This document shows, piece by piece, positions 27,880 through 41,583 of a DNA stretch of 64,000 nucleotides (the stretch's first letter is position 1; every line of letters begins with the position of its first letter). The DNA is from Eledone cirrhosa (Eukaryota). The notes below the pieces were generated by a model. That model was given only the letters and a program-made list of their open reading frames with translations, was not told the origin of the DNA and did not search any database. Location: positions 82,522,001 through 82,586,000 of the forward strand of contig OZ024741.1 of assembly GCA_964016885.1 (NCBI GenBank), written 5' to 3'. The position numbers and the translations under genes are program-made.

Positions 27880-29425
27880 CTAGCAGTAAAGCCCGGCGTT
27901 GCTCGGGGTCGCTCAGTAGCTGTGTTAAAGTTACAATGTTAAGTTTCTTTATTGGCTTAAAAACTGTAGTGTCTACTGTGCAGACTTGCATGTGGTGTTT
28001 TTGATTAATATTCCCTCAACCAACAATATGCCTTATGAAGTTAAGAAAACATAACGATAACCCGAATGTTATAACAAAAGAGGATGCTGGGGATAGAAAC
28101 TGCACTGGTTATTTATTAACAAAGATCGAAAATGTAAACACTGCAACGCAGAGAAAAACATTAGCGTAACCAAATTATCAGTTATGTCTGTCTGCACGCC
28201 TATATCACCTCTCTGCACGACTATCTGTCTGCACGCCTATATCACCTCTCTGCACGACTGTCTGTCTGCACGCCTATATCACCTCTCTGCACGACTGTCT
28301 GTCTGCACGCCTATATCACCTCTCTGCACGACTATCTGTCTACACGCGTATATCACCTCTCTGCACGACTGTCTGTCTGCACGACTGTCTGTCTGCACGC
28401 CTAACGACGAAATATTTGCTTGTTTTACGTAGTCTTTAAATAGAATTGTTTTCAAGTAAAAATATTGTTTTAAAATGCTTTTAAATGGAAATGAAGCAAA
28501 ACGGAAGTCTAGTGTTCGAACTGATGAATTTTGCAGGTCAATAAAAGTTACAATGTTAAGTTTCTTTCTTGGCTTAAAAACTGTAGTGTCTACTGTGCAG
28601 ACTTGCATGTGGTGTTTTTGATTAATATTTCCTCAACCAACAATATGCCTTATGAAGTTAAGAAAACATAACGATAACCCGAATGTTATAACAAAAGAGG
28701 ATGCTGGGGATAGAAACTGCACTGGTCATTTATTAACAAAGATCGAAAATGTAAACACTGCAACGCAGAGAAAAACATTAGCGTAACCAAATTATCAGTT
28801 ATGTCTGTCTGCACGCCTATATCACCTCTCTGCACGACTGTCTGTCTGCACGCCTATATCACCTCTCTGCACGACTGTCTGTCTGCACGCCTATATCACC
28901 TCTCTGCACGACTATCTGTCTGCACGCGTATATCACCTCTCTGCACGACTGTCTGTCTGCACGACTGTCTGTCTGCACGCCTAACGACGAAATATTTGCT
29001 TGTTTTACGTAGTCTTAAAATAGACTTGTTTTCAAGTAAAAATATTGTTTTAAAATGCTTTTAAATGGAAATGAAGCAAAACGGAAGCTTAGTGTTCGAA
29101 CTGATGAATTTTGCAGGTCAATATTTTGCTGGCTCGACAACTGTTCGTGTATTGTGTTAATGTCATTTTAAACGATGAGAAAGCCAGCGTAATTTTTTAC
29201 GTAAGACGATCAATGTAAACAGAACAAAGGGAAATAACTGATAACTTACGCTCAAAAATCGATACATTATATTCGATTTCGTCACATAGGGTGGGTCAAT
29301 TTGAAATATTTTTTTTCCGATGTCTTCGCTAGGGCTCAATGTACAAGTATAGCAATTTCGGTGCAATTCCGTGAGAGATTCTAAGAGGAGATGTGTGCCA
29401 AAAATCGATAGACAGACAGACAACC
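27880..29425 (-). mobile_element. Non-autonomous Helitron with 617-bp internal duplication and 37-bp minisatellite
   Basis: Minus-strand 3' end CCCGAGCAACGCCGGG hairpin then CTAG|T; 5' end TATATAAAACTGTGGTTGTCTGTCTGTC; AAAGTTACAATG at 27927 and 28544; unit TCTGCACGCCTATATCACCTCTCTGCACGACTGTCTG. Confidence 0.8.
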
Positions 29426-29428
29426 ACA

Positions 29429-29494
<66 letters not shown>

Positions 29495-29500
<6 letters not shown>

Positions 29501-30588
29501 ATTAGTCCTTCATCAGTGATCTTCCAACCTTCATTGGTATTTCATCGCTTCAAAAATCATATACCTCTGGATGGTGCGAGCAATAAGTAAATAAAGTTAT
29601 TGGGACAAGTAAAATAGCGTGAAGCGAGCGAGACATGTAAACAAACAAAGATGGTATTGCAACGGAAAGATAGGAAGAGACAAGTACATGGTATATATAA
29701 GCTTAAGCTTGGTGAATTCATGGACGAGAGATACAGACCATCTGCCATGGATGAGATGTGAGCGAGAAAAGAATTTCACACAGGTCAAACGGGAGGAAGT
29801 GAGAGAGGGGGAGAAGCAGAGAGTGAGTGAGTGGAAGTGTGAGGAAGAGGCCAGTCGAGAGAGAGTGTGACTGGCAGAGGGGGTAAAAAAAGGTGAGACT
29901 AAAAATATAAATATAAATATAAGAAAAATGGAGTGCTGCGTGGTTGCACATAGGGTTACATATGAATAAAATTAGTCCTTCATCAGTGATATTCCAACAT
30001 GCATTGGTATTTCATCGCTTTAAAAATAATATACATCTGGTTGGTGCGAGCAATAACTAGATAAAGTTATTGGGACAAGTAAAATAGCGTGAAGCGAGCG
30101 AGACATGTAAACAAACAAAGATGATATTGCAACTGAAAGATACCATCTTTGTTTGTTTACATGACTCAATCGCTTCACGCTATTTTACTTGTCCCAATAA
30201 CCTTATTTAGTTAATGCTCGCACGAACCAGAAGTATATGATTTTTAAAGCGAGGAAATAACAATGAAGGTTTATGAAATAACGATGAAGGACTAATTTTA
30301 TTCATATGTAACCCATGTGCAACACGCAGCACTCCATTTTTCTTATATTTATATTTTTTCCTCAGCTGCGATTGTCTGTTTCTTTCTTACTGCTCTCCCT
30401 CTCTCTGTATCTCTCACCTTCTGTTTACCCCCTCTGCCAGTAACACTCTCTCTCGACTGGCCTCTTCGTCACACTTCCACTCATTTACTATCTGCTTCTC
30501 CCCACTCTCACTTCCTCCCGTTTCACGCTCACATCTCAAACATGTCGGATGGTCTGTATATCTCATCCATGAATTCACCAAGCTTTAG

Positions 30589-30590
<2 letters not shown>
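29495..30590. mobile_element. Foldback element, about 470-nt unit (sister copy 47005-47415)
   Basis: AAAATTAGTCCTTCATCAGTGAT at about 29498 and 29968; inverted arm from about 30141; (TA)n on both sides. Confidence 0.8.
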
Positions 30591-30660
<70 letters not shown>

Positions 30661-30702
30661 ACAGGGAGAAAGAGACGATTATGAGGAAGAAAAATACATT
30701 TT

Positions 30703-30734
<32 letters not shown>

Positions 30735-31345
30735 TAAAGAATTAGTACATCTACTGACATATATATACAGATGCATAGCTATGCCAGCAAATATATAGGT
30801 TTTGTCTTAGTAACGTTGTGGTTCAATGCATGGGGATGCAGAACAGTAATATGAGAGACGTAAAATAAGAAAATTATAAAAATTAACTTACTTACTAAAA
30901 TTTCGCTCCAACTAATTAGTTTCTGAAAGGGAATAAACGTAGTTTCCGAAGAAACGTACGGAGAAGCCTTCGTCATCAGGGAAGTCTATTCTCAGCTAAG
31001 TTTCCAGGCAATACGTGGACACAGGGAACTTATACAAAAATAATTCAGTGGATGGAAAAAAGTAAAGCGTGCACTAATTTCCAAGCAATTGAAAAAAATC
31101 ACTGCCTACTGCGTCGGTGGCAAATTCAAAAGAATCAATCACGTGATATCGAGGTCAATCAGTGAAGAGTGGTTAGTTAAGAAGACAGCAGCCGGACTGT
31201 TACTATATAGTAGCAGTTTTGGCCAATTTTTGCTCGACAAAATAATTTGGAGATAATTATAAAGAATTAGTACATCTACGTTTATTCCATTTCAGAAACT
31301 AAATTTTAGTAAGTAAGTTAATTTTTATAATTTTCTTATTTTACG

Positions 31346-31352
<7 letters not shown>
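30735..31352 (-). mobile_element. Tandem-unit element, sister of 42303-43347
   Basis: Homologous throughout; AAAGAATTAGTACATCTAC recurs at 30736 and 31261. Confidence 0.78.
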
Positions 31353-31402
<50 letters not shown>

Positions 31403-31619
31403 AACAAATAGTAAAAAGGAAAAAAAATACACTAGAAAATGCTACAGGTATTTTTTACAAAGTAGGAATTTCCATATTTAAATGTGTACCGATTTCATGT
31501 TTATATACATTTTCAACCATGAAAGTGTATAGTGCAGTTAAATTGCATATTTATACGAATAATGATAAAATGGAGACAACAAATTTGGAGAAAAAAAAGA
31601 AGACTTTCTCCAAATTTTT

Positions 31620-31767
<148 letters not shown>

Positions 31768-32542
31768 ATGTATGTATTTATTTATATATATATATGTTTT
31801 TGAGTGTTGCTGTTTGAGGATGAATGCATATATATATATATATGTTAAGTATTTCCGAAGATAAAGCAAAGGAAATAAAAGTGCTCTATGTATAAATCAG
31901 AGCTATTTAATTAGGAAGTAAACAACATAATATAACTACTCCATTGCCAACATTTTCAGGACTCTAGATAATATTAACATACGTCTAGTTCGCTCAAATA
32001 TACGTCTAGTTCGTTACATGAAATGAAACGAAATTCTATTAAAATTGAAAGAGAGCCTGGAAAATATAGGCAACAATATTCATAAGAAAACATATATATA
32101 AACATTTTATAAAATTTATAAAAATTACGAAGCTCATGCGTAGATACATACACATACATATGGTAGTAACCATCAGACATAAGTAAAACTGTATGTATAT
32201 ATATATATATATACGACAAATGCATATACGCGTAGACATACGTATAAACACACTCGCCTACATACGTATAAAAAATATATTTATAAAAATAAAAATTAAA
32301 AATCGTCACGAATGGGTCAGAACAGACGATACAATCACTCACATACAATCACTCGTACGTAAACAACAACATTTATAGATATGAACATATAAACACACAC
32401 ACATATATATATATATATACACAAACTCTTACATACAGAGACACATGCGTGTGCGTCCAAATAATAAATGTGACAAAATACCATGCGAATATGTGTGTGT
32501 ATATATATATAAATATAAATATATATGTGTATATGTATATAT

Positions 32543-32746
<204 letters not shown>

Positions 32747-32847
32747 ATATATATATATATATATACGTTATTCCGGGTTGAATCGGAGGTAACCACAGTA
32801 AGTAAGGTACACAATACATAGCAGAGTATAACAGTTTTAATATAGAT

Positions 32848-32900
32848 GAGATTCTACAGGACTAGAACTGTTTCATTCATTAGAAATCATCAGGAATCTC
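32848..32900 (-). ncRNA. Canonical type-I hammerhead ribozyme; inverted twin at 32902-32952 (+)
   Basis: gagattc CTGATGA t ttc-taat-gaa t GAAA cag-ttctagtc-ctg TA gaatctc; 7-bp perfect stem I. Confidence 0.88.
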
Positions 32901-32966
32901 AGAGACCTGATGATTTCTAATGAATGAAACAGTTCTAGTCCTGTAGAATCTCATCTATATTAAAAC

Positions 32967-33007
<41 letters not shown>

Positions 33008-33046
33008 ATTTATAGATATATGTATATATATATATATATATACACA

Positions 33047-33281
<235 letters not shown>

Positions 33282-33290
33282 ATTTATAGA

Positions 33291-33403
<113 letters not shown>

Positions 33404-33625
33404 TTTTATATATATTTCGTTTCTGAATTTGTTTAGCAAGATTCTTTATCTAAACATGTGTTGAAACCGATATTGTTATGCTTTGGGAGGGTCATTTTGC
33501 AAATAAGAAACACACGCACCAGTTTCTCTCACTTCAATTTATTATAAATTAAATTCATAAATTTAAGAATTTATAAATTTCCGGCTGGTTGGTTGGTTCC
33601 ACAACCAGACGATTGTTCATATATT

Positions 33626-33668
33626 GTCAAAGTGCTTTCGTCACACATCTTGTGACCTCTTCAGTGAC
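33626..33668 (-). ncRNA. Type-I hammerhead motif in foldback element 33420-33925
   Basis: gtca CTGAAGA g gtcaca-agatg-tgtgac GAAA gcac TT tgac. Confidence 0.75.
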
Positions 33669-33924
33669 TGGGGATTCTTTTCTTTGTTTTTGTGCCTCTC
33701 CTTTATTCTGTCCTACGCAATCTTGTCTTTGTGTGTGTTCTTACACACCAAATGTGTGTCGAAAGAACTTTAACAATATATGAACAATCATCTGGTTGTG
33801 GAACCAACCAAGCAACCGGAAATTGATAAATTCCTAAACTTATAAATTTATTATAATAAATTGAAGTGAAAGCAACTGGTGTGTGTGTTTCTTATTGGCA
33901 ACATGACCCTCCCAGAGTATAACA

Positions 33925-33955
<31 letters not shown>

Positions 33956-34023
33956 TATATGTATATATATATGTATATATATATATATATATATACGGAT
34001 ATATATATATATATATATATAAA

Positions 34024-34056
<33 letters not shown>

Positions 34057-34150
34057 GTGTATGTCTGTATATATATATATATATATGTATATATAAATAT
34101 ATGTATATGTATATATATATATATATGTATATGAATATATATATATATAT

Positions 34151-34640
34151 AACGAAGGAAATGTGGTAAGGAACCAGGTGGACCATAACGCACCGAAGTA
34201 TTCAATACTTACGGTAGTAGAGTGGGTAATAGGAACGAGTAGGACCCCGACGGCTGAGCTCAAGCCGTTTCGACGGCTAATTCTGGACTAAATGAAAATG
34301 TTTATCCTGGTATATGAATAGCTGAGCTTCTCAGGGGGTAATTCCATATATGGTAAAGTGATTGTTACAAGGATTGGTCAAAAGTTTGTTGTTGAGACAC
34401 ATAATTCTATCATGGCAATTTGTGGAAGGAAGGGATAGCTGAACCTGCCAGTAATAGAAAGAATTAGGGGGAGTGGAGGAAACCAGTCGTGCGTTGATAG
34501 TGCCAACTACAGCAGGATCCTAAGGGAAGGAGGTCAAGCAAGTATGCTAGGGAGGGGAGGAGGAGGAAGTCGAAACAATAAGTAAATCAATATGGAGTAA
34601 ATATATAGAAGAATACCAAGAATGTTAAAAATATAATAAA
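34151..34640 (-). mobile_element. pLTR copy of the 16428-18770 PLE family, including about 80-nt tail; HHR at 34244-34339 (core CUGAGAA)
   Basis: Colinear with 16428-16806; acccc CTGAGAA gc..tc GAAA cggct-tgagctc-agccg TC ggggt. Confidence 0.82.
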
Positions 34641-34809
34641 ACAATTTCTGGTTACTATTCCCTAACCACAATCATCAAGTCTCTCACTGGTACTGCTACA
34701 CTATAGAAATGTTTACTAGGTGGGATAGAATTGTAGTGGGACAATTTTTTGAGTTAGTAGTAATCTACCGAGTATATCTTACAGTGACAGGTCAACAAGT
34801 GGGGGGCCA

Positions 34810-35252
34810 AGACGGACGACGGATGGGCGGCTTGTATCACACACAGACACACACAGACACACACACAGGCCGCCTACACGTAAAACATAACTTGGAAGAC
34901 GGACGAGGGATGGGCGGCTTGTATCACACACAGACTCACACACAGGCCGCCTACACGTAAAACATAACTTGGAAGACGGACGACGGATGGGCGGCTTGTA
35001 TCACACACAGACTCACACACAGGCCGCCTACACGTAAAACATAACTTGGAAGACGGACGACGGATGGGCGGCTTGTATCACACACAGACACACACACAGG
35101 CCGCCTACACGTAAAACATAACTTGGAAGACGGACGACGGATGGGCGGCTTGTATCACACACAGACACACACACAGGCCGCCTACACGTAAAACATAACT
35201 TGGAAGACGGATGACCGATGGGCGGCTTGTATCACACACAGACACACACATA
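34810..35252. repeat. 77-bp minisatellite, about 5.7 copies
   Basis: GGAAGACGGA at 34894, 34971, 35048, 35125, 35202. Confidence 0.93.
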
Positions 35253-35717
35253 GGCAAAGAAACTGACACGAAATAATAATTCAAATCCCGAAAATAATAC
35301 GGAATAATTGCCTCCACTTAGGCACAAGGCCAGCAACCACCCAGTGCAAAACATAAACTAATACGAAATAATTATTCAGAATCCCGAAAATGAGTACTAA
35401 TACTATCTCTAAGGGTGCCGCTACGATACAAACATTCTAGTACACACTACATAAATGCGCGTACGACATACATGCACATATATATATATGTGATAAGCTT
35501 GAAACTAGTACAGCGTTCCTTTGTCAGCGTTGAACAAACGAGCAACGATGGTTGCTAGACACTACGGCTTAATACGGGATGCTTGTTTACAAACACACCG
35601 AGCATTTTAATAAATGTTCGGTGAATCCATACGTACATATATATATGTGTGCATGTATGTATATATATATACATACTACTGTATGTCTCCATACATATAT
35701 GTATGTACGTGTACATA

Positions 35718-35849
<132 letters not shown>

Positions 35850-35944
35850 GAAAGAGTTGTGGTAAGGAACCAGATGGACCATAACGCACCAGAGTACTCA
35901 ATAATTAGGGTAGTAGAGTGGGTGATAGTAAAAATGTACATTTT

Positions 35945-35977
<33 letters not shown>

Positions 35978-36112
35978 GAAAATAACAGATTACAGTTTAA
36001 GCGAAGAATTGCCGCTTTCCACCTTATGGGATCTTCTGAAACAATAAAAAATTTATCTGACGCAATAAACGTGAAGACGTTCCCTGATTTTAGTCTTCAC
36101 GTTTATTATTAT

Positions 36113-36155
<43 letters not shown>

Positions 36156-37323
36156 CACATACACGCAGACGGACATATACGAAAAATCATATGTAATAAG
36201 GTATACAACAAACATAAATAATTAAATATATATATACAAATACAAACACGCACACTCACACATACACACACACACATCAACACACATACACACGCACACA
36301 TACATATGTATATAGATATATAGATATATGTGTGTGTCTGTGTGTGTTACTAGTAGCACTCGGGAGCTACATGACATACAGATGTGTATATACATATATA
36401 TATATATATATATTTATACACACACACACACATACACGCACTTACACGCATATATAATAATCGTCTTTTTCTCCCGATTTTCCTATAAATATATATATAT
36501 AGTAATAATAATAAATTTGAAGACTAAAATCCAAAGAGGGCTCGATAAGGATAAATATATATCAAATATAAAAGAAACGTAGAGCAAATATTTACGCACA
36601 CACACACATATTTACGCACAAACACACACACACACATATTTATATGTACGTGTATTTGTATACCTATGTATGCTTGTGTATGTACGTATATGGATACGTG
36701 TATGTATTTATTTAATTCAATTACCTCTGTCTTTTATTTACTTTATTCTTAAGTCTGAAGCCGCGAATCATTCGGTTTCCTAGTTAGAATTTTATTCTAC
36801 GACTTCAATTATACCATTTACATGCTTTTGTCTTTGCGTATAATTGTTCTCCACGCTCCACATATGGCGAATTATTTTCGTTTTTTCAGTTCATTGCCAG
36901 AGAACGTCTCTATGAACCACCTAAGAGAATATTAGTCTACGACTGCTTTTATACCATAAACGTGGTTTAGTCTGTGCGTGTATTTCACCGCTCCAAATAA
37001 TGACGTATTATATTCGTTTTATCCCGTTCTTTGCCAGGGAACGTTTCCACTAACCAAAGTATCGTCTTCCTGTCTTCCTCCAGTGGCAACGTTTTTTTAA
37101 ATATTCACTTATACGTTCACAGATTGACTTTGTTATTTTCAGAAAATCCCGTTAAGGATGAAAGCAGCGATTCTTTGCTTAAACTTTAATCTGTTATTTT
37201 AATAAATATATATATATATTATCCCAATTTTATCTCCTGAAAACGCAGATATCACCTCATGATGATATTTGTTTTTGAAATGCTCATAATAAAACACTTG
37301 GAACTCTTTTAACCATCTTTGAT

Positions 37324-37371
<48 letters not shown>

Positions 37372-37487
37372 AACCAGTAAGACCCCGACGGCTGAGCTCA
37401 CTTGTTCCTATTACCCACTCTAATACCCCAAGTATTGAGTACTTTGGTGCGTTATGGTCCACCTGGTTCCTTACCACGTTTCCTTCG

Positions 37488-37558
<71 letters not shown>

Positions 37559-37704
37559 TTTTGAGTTTATGTTGGTTGTATACCAACACCTCAGTATGCA
37601 GGCTGGAGCCCTCGACGAAGTGCGCAGGTTGGTTTGGTTACTCCGGAGTAGTGTAAAATAAAGTTAAATAAAAGTCAAATGATTAAAATTTAGCTTCGTT
37701 TATT

Positions 37705-37759
37705 ACTGCTATATATATTTCAGTGACAGCCATCTTTGGCTGTGACCTCTTCAGGCAGT
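37705..37759 (-). ncRNA. Canonical-core type-I hammerhead motif
   Basis: actgc CTGAAGA ggtc acagcca-aaga-tggctgt cact GAAA tatata TA gcagt. Confidence 0.8.
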
Positions 37760-38429
37760 TTGAATTAGTATGGTATAGACAAGTACATATGTTGTTTAGG
37801 TGTATGATATTATCAATACTCTGATATGCCCAGTTCCTTGCTGGGTTGTTAATTCACTGGGGAACTGCAGTCATATGAATTCAAACAAACGAATTTTCGT
37901 GTCACAGGTCCCCTTCTCCTCTCATTGGTCAGTTATTAGAACATTCCTCATTCTAAGTGTTGTTATTGTTGGAGTTAGCTTAAAAATTGATAAAATGGTA
38001 GAAGGGACAAGGTGTTAAAGGAACAAAATAACAAAAAAAGTGTAAAACTTCCCATTGTTCAGTTCTGAGAGCATTCCTCAGTCAGAAGTCTATAGAATTA
38101 TTTCTGGGGTGAGGCTCCCTGTAGTGTTTTTGCCTGCTATTGTTCAGTACATTTGACCTCCACCATTATGTTGGTACTGTTGTTGTTGTAGTGGTCAGCT
38201 TATATCTTGCTGCTGCTAACAATTTAGAAGTATCCAGTTTGTGTTTTTTCTTCATCCCTCCCTCCACCATCGTAGTGGTGGTGGTGGTGGTGGTGGTGGG
38301 GTGTGGGGGTGGGGTGTGTGTGTGTGTGTGGGGGGGGGGGGGGTTATTTCATGTATATGAAGAAATATAAGGCAATAAATGTATATATATATATATATAT
38401 TATATATAATATATAATGTATAATATATA

Positions 38430-38620
38430 TAGGGCGGTGAATTGCCAGTATCGGTAGAGGGTTGGACGCCTTGCTTTCTAGCATAGTTACGTCCCTTTAC
38501 AGTCTGAGTTCAAATCCCGCCTTGGTTAACTTTGCCTTTCATCCTTACGGGGTCGATAAAATAAAGTACCAGTAATGTACTGGGTAATTGCTGGCCTTGT
38601 GCCTAAAGTAGAAACAATTA
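38430..38620 (+). mobile_element. tRNA-derived Nin/Deu-type SINE, near full length
   Basis: AGGGCGGTGAATTGCCAGTATCGGTAG..GAGTTCAAATCC..TTTGCCTTTCATCCTTACGGGGTCGATAAAATAAAGTACCAGT..GTAGAAACAATTAT. Confidence 0.88.
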
Positions 38621-38711
38621 TATATATATATATAGGAAAATGTACATTTTCCTATTACCCACTCCAGTACCCTAATTATTGAGTACTATATATATATATA
38701 TATATATATAT

Positions 38712-39143
38712 CAAGTAAGTATGTTTTGAAACAGTGAGCAGGTTTGAAATTAGAAAATAGAATAGCATTCACCGTATTTGTTACTAAAGGAATTTTAGCC
38801 TGATAAATGGGGTTTAGAACCCTCAGATAAATGGAAAAAGGTGAGTATTGAAGTACATGGGAGTCGAACCCACATCTTTGGTTATCGCGACCACTGTGCT
38901 ACCATTACACCAATACACCACCCATCTCTTTCCATTCAAATTAGAAGCTACATCCTTAGCGAGAATAAATGGCAAGTAAGTATGTTTTGAAACAGTGTGC
39001 AGGTTTGAAAACATACTTACTTGCCTTTTCAACTTGCTAAGAATGTAGCTTCTAATTTGAATGGAAAGAGATGGGTGATGTGTTGGTGTAATGGTAGCAC
39101 AGTGGTCGCGATAACCAAAGATGTGTGTTCGTCTTCCATGTAC
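38712..39143. mobile_element. Foldback element, about 261-nt unit containing a tRNA-like cloverleaf (38852-38920 -, 39076-39143 +)
   Basis: CAAGTAAGTATGTTTTGAAACAGTG at 38712 and 38973; A box TGGTGTAATGG, B box GGTTCGACTCC; D, anticodon and T arms can be folded; acceptor stem imperfect. Confidence 0.72.
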
Positions 39144-40049
39144 GCGATTAAATTCGGTTCAGCGCTCTGCTATACGTGTATCAATTGAATTGTAACATCC
39201 GTATCTTCTAAATAGTGTATGCTTTGGTATATACACATCCGTATCGTATAAAAAGTGTATGTGTTGGTATATACACATCCATGTGAAGAGCAAGTAGTCA
39301 ACTCATATCGAACTCTGAATGTGCCGTTGTCCATTGAGAATCTGAGTCCCCAAATCTGTGCGTGCAAGCAACCGCCATGTAGCCCACCAACGGGCTCTGT
39401 GTAGGGTTGGGTATTTAAGTTAAGGTGTCAGTATGTGCGTTTTCCCGTCATATGGGCTCTTGGGCTTTTAAGATAGGTGTGTGAGTGGTGGAGGTGTGAT
39501 ACCCAACACAAAAATAAAAATAAAATAAAATAAAAAAGAATAGCAAAACCCCGGGGATGTGTGTAAGCCCATTAATGGTGTGTAAGTAGTATTGCCCAAT
39601 CAGTAACCGTGAGCACTCCATGGTTAGATGATCACGGATCAAAACCTAGTGTAGTGTTCAATTGATAGGATCGTGACCAGTCATAACTGTGGGTACTCCG
39701 TGTCTAAAGAAACCGGGTACTGTGTGTAGATTTATGTATAAAGAGCGTAATCGGTCTTAACTGAGTGTGTAATACGTCTAACTATATACTAACCTAGAGA
39801 ACTCAATGGTTAGGGTATTCTAAAGTAATAGTGAATGCGCGTAATCTGTCTTAAGTGAGTGTGTAATCATATATATATATGTGTGTATGTGTGTGTGTGT
39901 GTGCGTGTGCGTGTGTGTGTGCGTATGTGTGTGTGTGTAATGTCAGTATTTATGAATATATATATCTACAAAGTATGTTTTTAAATAATTGTCTCGAAAT
40001 TTGCACATTAAATCATAATTGACAATCCTGGAAAAGCACAGTTGCATTT

Positions 40050-41080
40050 AGATAATATATTCTTGGATCAGCATGTTTTATAAACATAAACAACTGATGG
40101 CTAAATGTGAAATTTCCTTAAACATTTGGAATGACTTGGTTCCGAACAATACAGTTAACATATCCTCAGGTCTTTTGTCAAAAGGACTAAATCGCTTTGA
40201 CTGGTGGTTTTTGGCATTTCTCGTTTTTAATTTCAGAATTATATGTAATGTCATTAAGTAACACCTCCTTTAGTTTTTCCAATAGATCAGTATGTTAATT
40301 GAGCGACAATCAGCTGGTAGGTCTCGTAAATATGCATCGACAGCATAGACACGTCTTCATTTCCTCAAAACATTATTTTAGTAGTACAAACCACAAAGCT
40401 GGTTCAAAGCAGTTTAAAGTAGTTTACCGGGACTTTACAACGTATTTACCATCCTATACACATGTAATTATTTCCCAAAGTGACATTTCGTCAATTCGTT
40501 AGGCTAGGGTCTGGAGAAATCTGTGGAAGTTCCACACGAGGCTTGTGAGATGCGGGATACACCAATTCGGCTGCAGTGTTGCATTTTTGGTCAATGTTAC
40601 ATATTTCTGATTCTCTGCATGAGACTCCAAATGTTAGGCGTCTCTTGTGTTTATATTTGATGCAAGTTTTATATTCTTGGCACAGGAATAACCGATTCTA
40701 ACCTTGTGGCCATTAGATATCTGACGGAATTTGTGGCTTACAAGGAAATGTGTATCTATGTTGCTCATGCAGAAAGCCAAACATTTGTCTACTTGACCAA
40801 ACATGCAACACTGCAGCAGTGATATACGAAGCAGAAGAAGTAAAACGGACATCTACGAACCAGATCCACCAAATAGAAACCATTTTTCCACCGTGTATAA
40901 ATGATGCTTTTTAGATCTATGTGTTTTCTAGGATCTTCCACTTTAAGGAGAAATTCATACCTTTTATCGTTGAGGGCAGAAGTGTAGTGTGCGAGCTCCA
41001 TGGAAGAGCTTTTGTTTGGGTATCTAAAGGTCGTTTCTTAGTAAATGAAACGGCTTTCGAAGCGGCTCTCCAATATGCTT
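40050..41080 (-). pseudogene. Very degenerate Naiad-like PLE remnant
   Basis: MSNIDTHFLVSHKFRQISNGHKVRIGYSCAKNIK matches the IDKHFP..H...IFN...K.SYSC..N signature seen at 17820-17920; ELAHYTSAL resembles the APYYNQAL block. Confidence 0.55.
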
Positions 41081-41533
41081 ACCAGGACTAGGGGGCAATG
41101 CTCAGTATCTGGCACACTAATGTTGATATTGGTAATTGTAATAAAAATAAAAATAAAGGTAAAAAATTAAGAGAAAACATTAATAAATGGAAAGTGGGCA
41201 GACAGGATAACACAGAAGACAAAATTACGCTGTTACTCACCCAACCCCTACAAACCCGCCAATAAGTGTATATAAAAAAATCTTGGAACATCTGTCCATA
41301 TTTTAGATGTTTCTTTGCACACATAAACTCACATATCTGACAAGATGTCAAAAAAGAGTCGGGACGCGTCATCTTTATTGTACCCTGAACTGGTCGATAT
41401 TGAAACGATGGTACTATACCAATAAGGCTTGTACTTATGCTGTAACAATGACTTCGATTATTTTTAATCTACTTACACTCTGCGCTCTACAGCTGCCTAA
41501 CTCAGGTGTACAACCCAAAAGAGATGGACCTCG

Positions 41534-41583
<50 letters not shown>

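Noticed and set aside
38852-38920. Functional tRNA gene
   Set aside because: Imperfect acceptor stem, no U33 in the anticodon loop, and embedded in a repeat unit.
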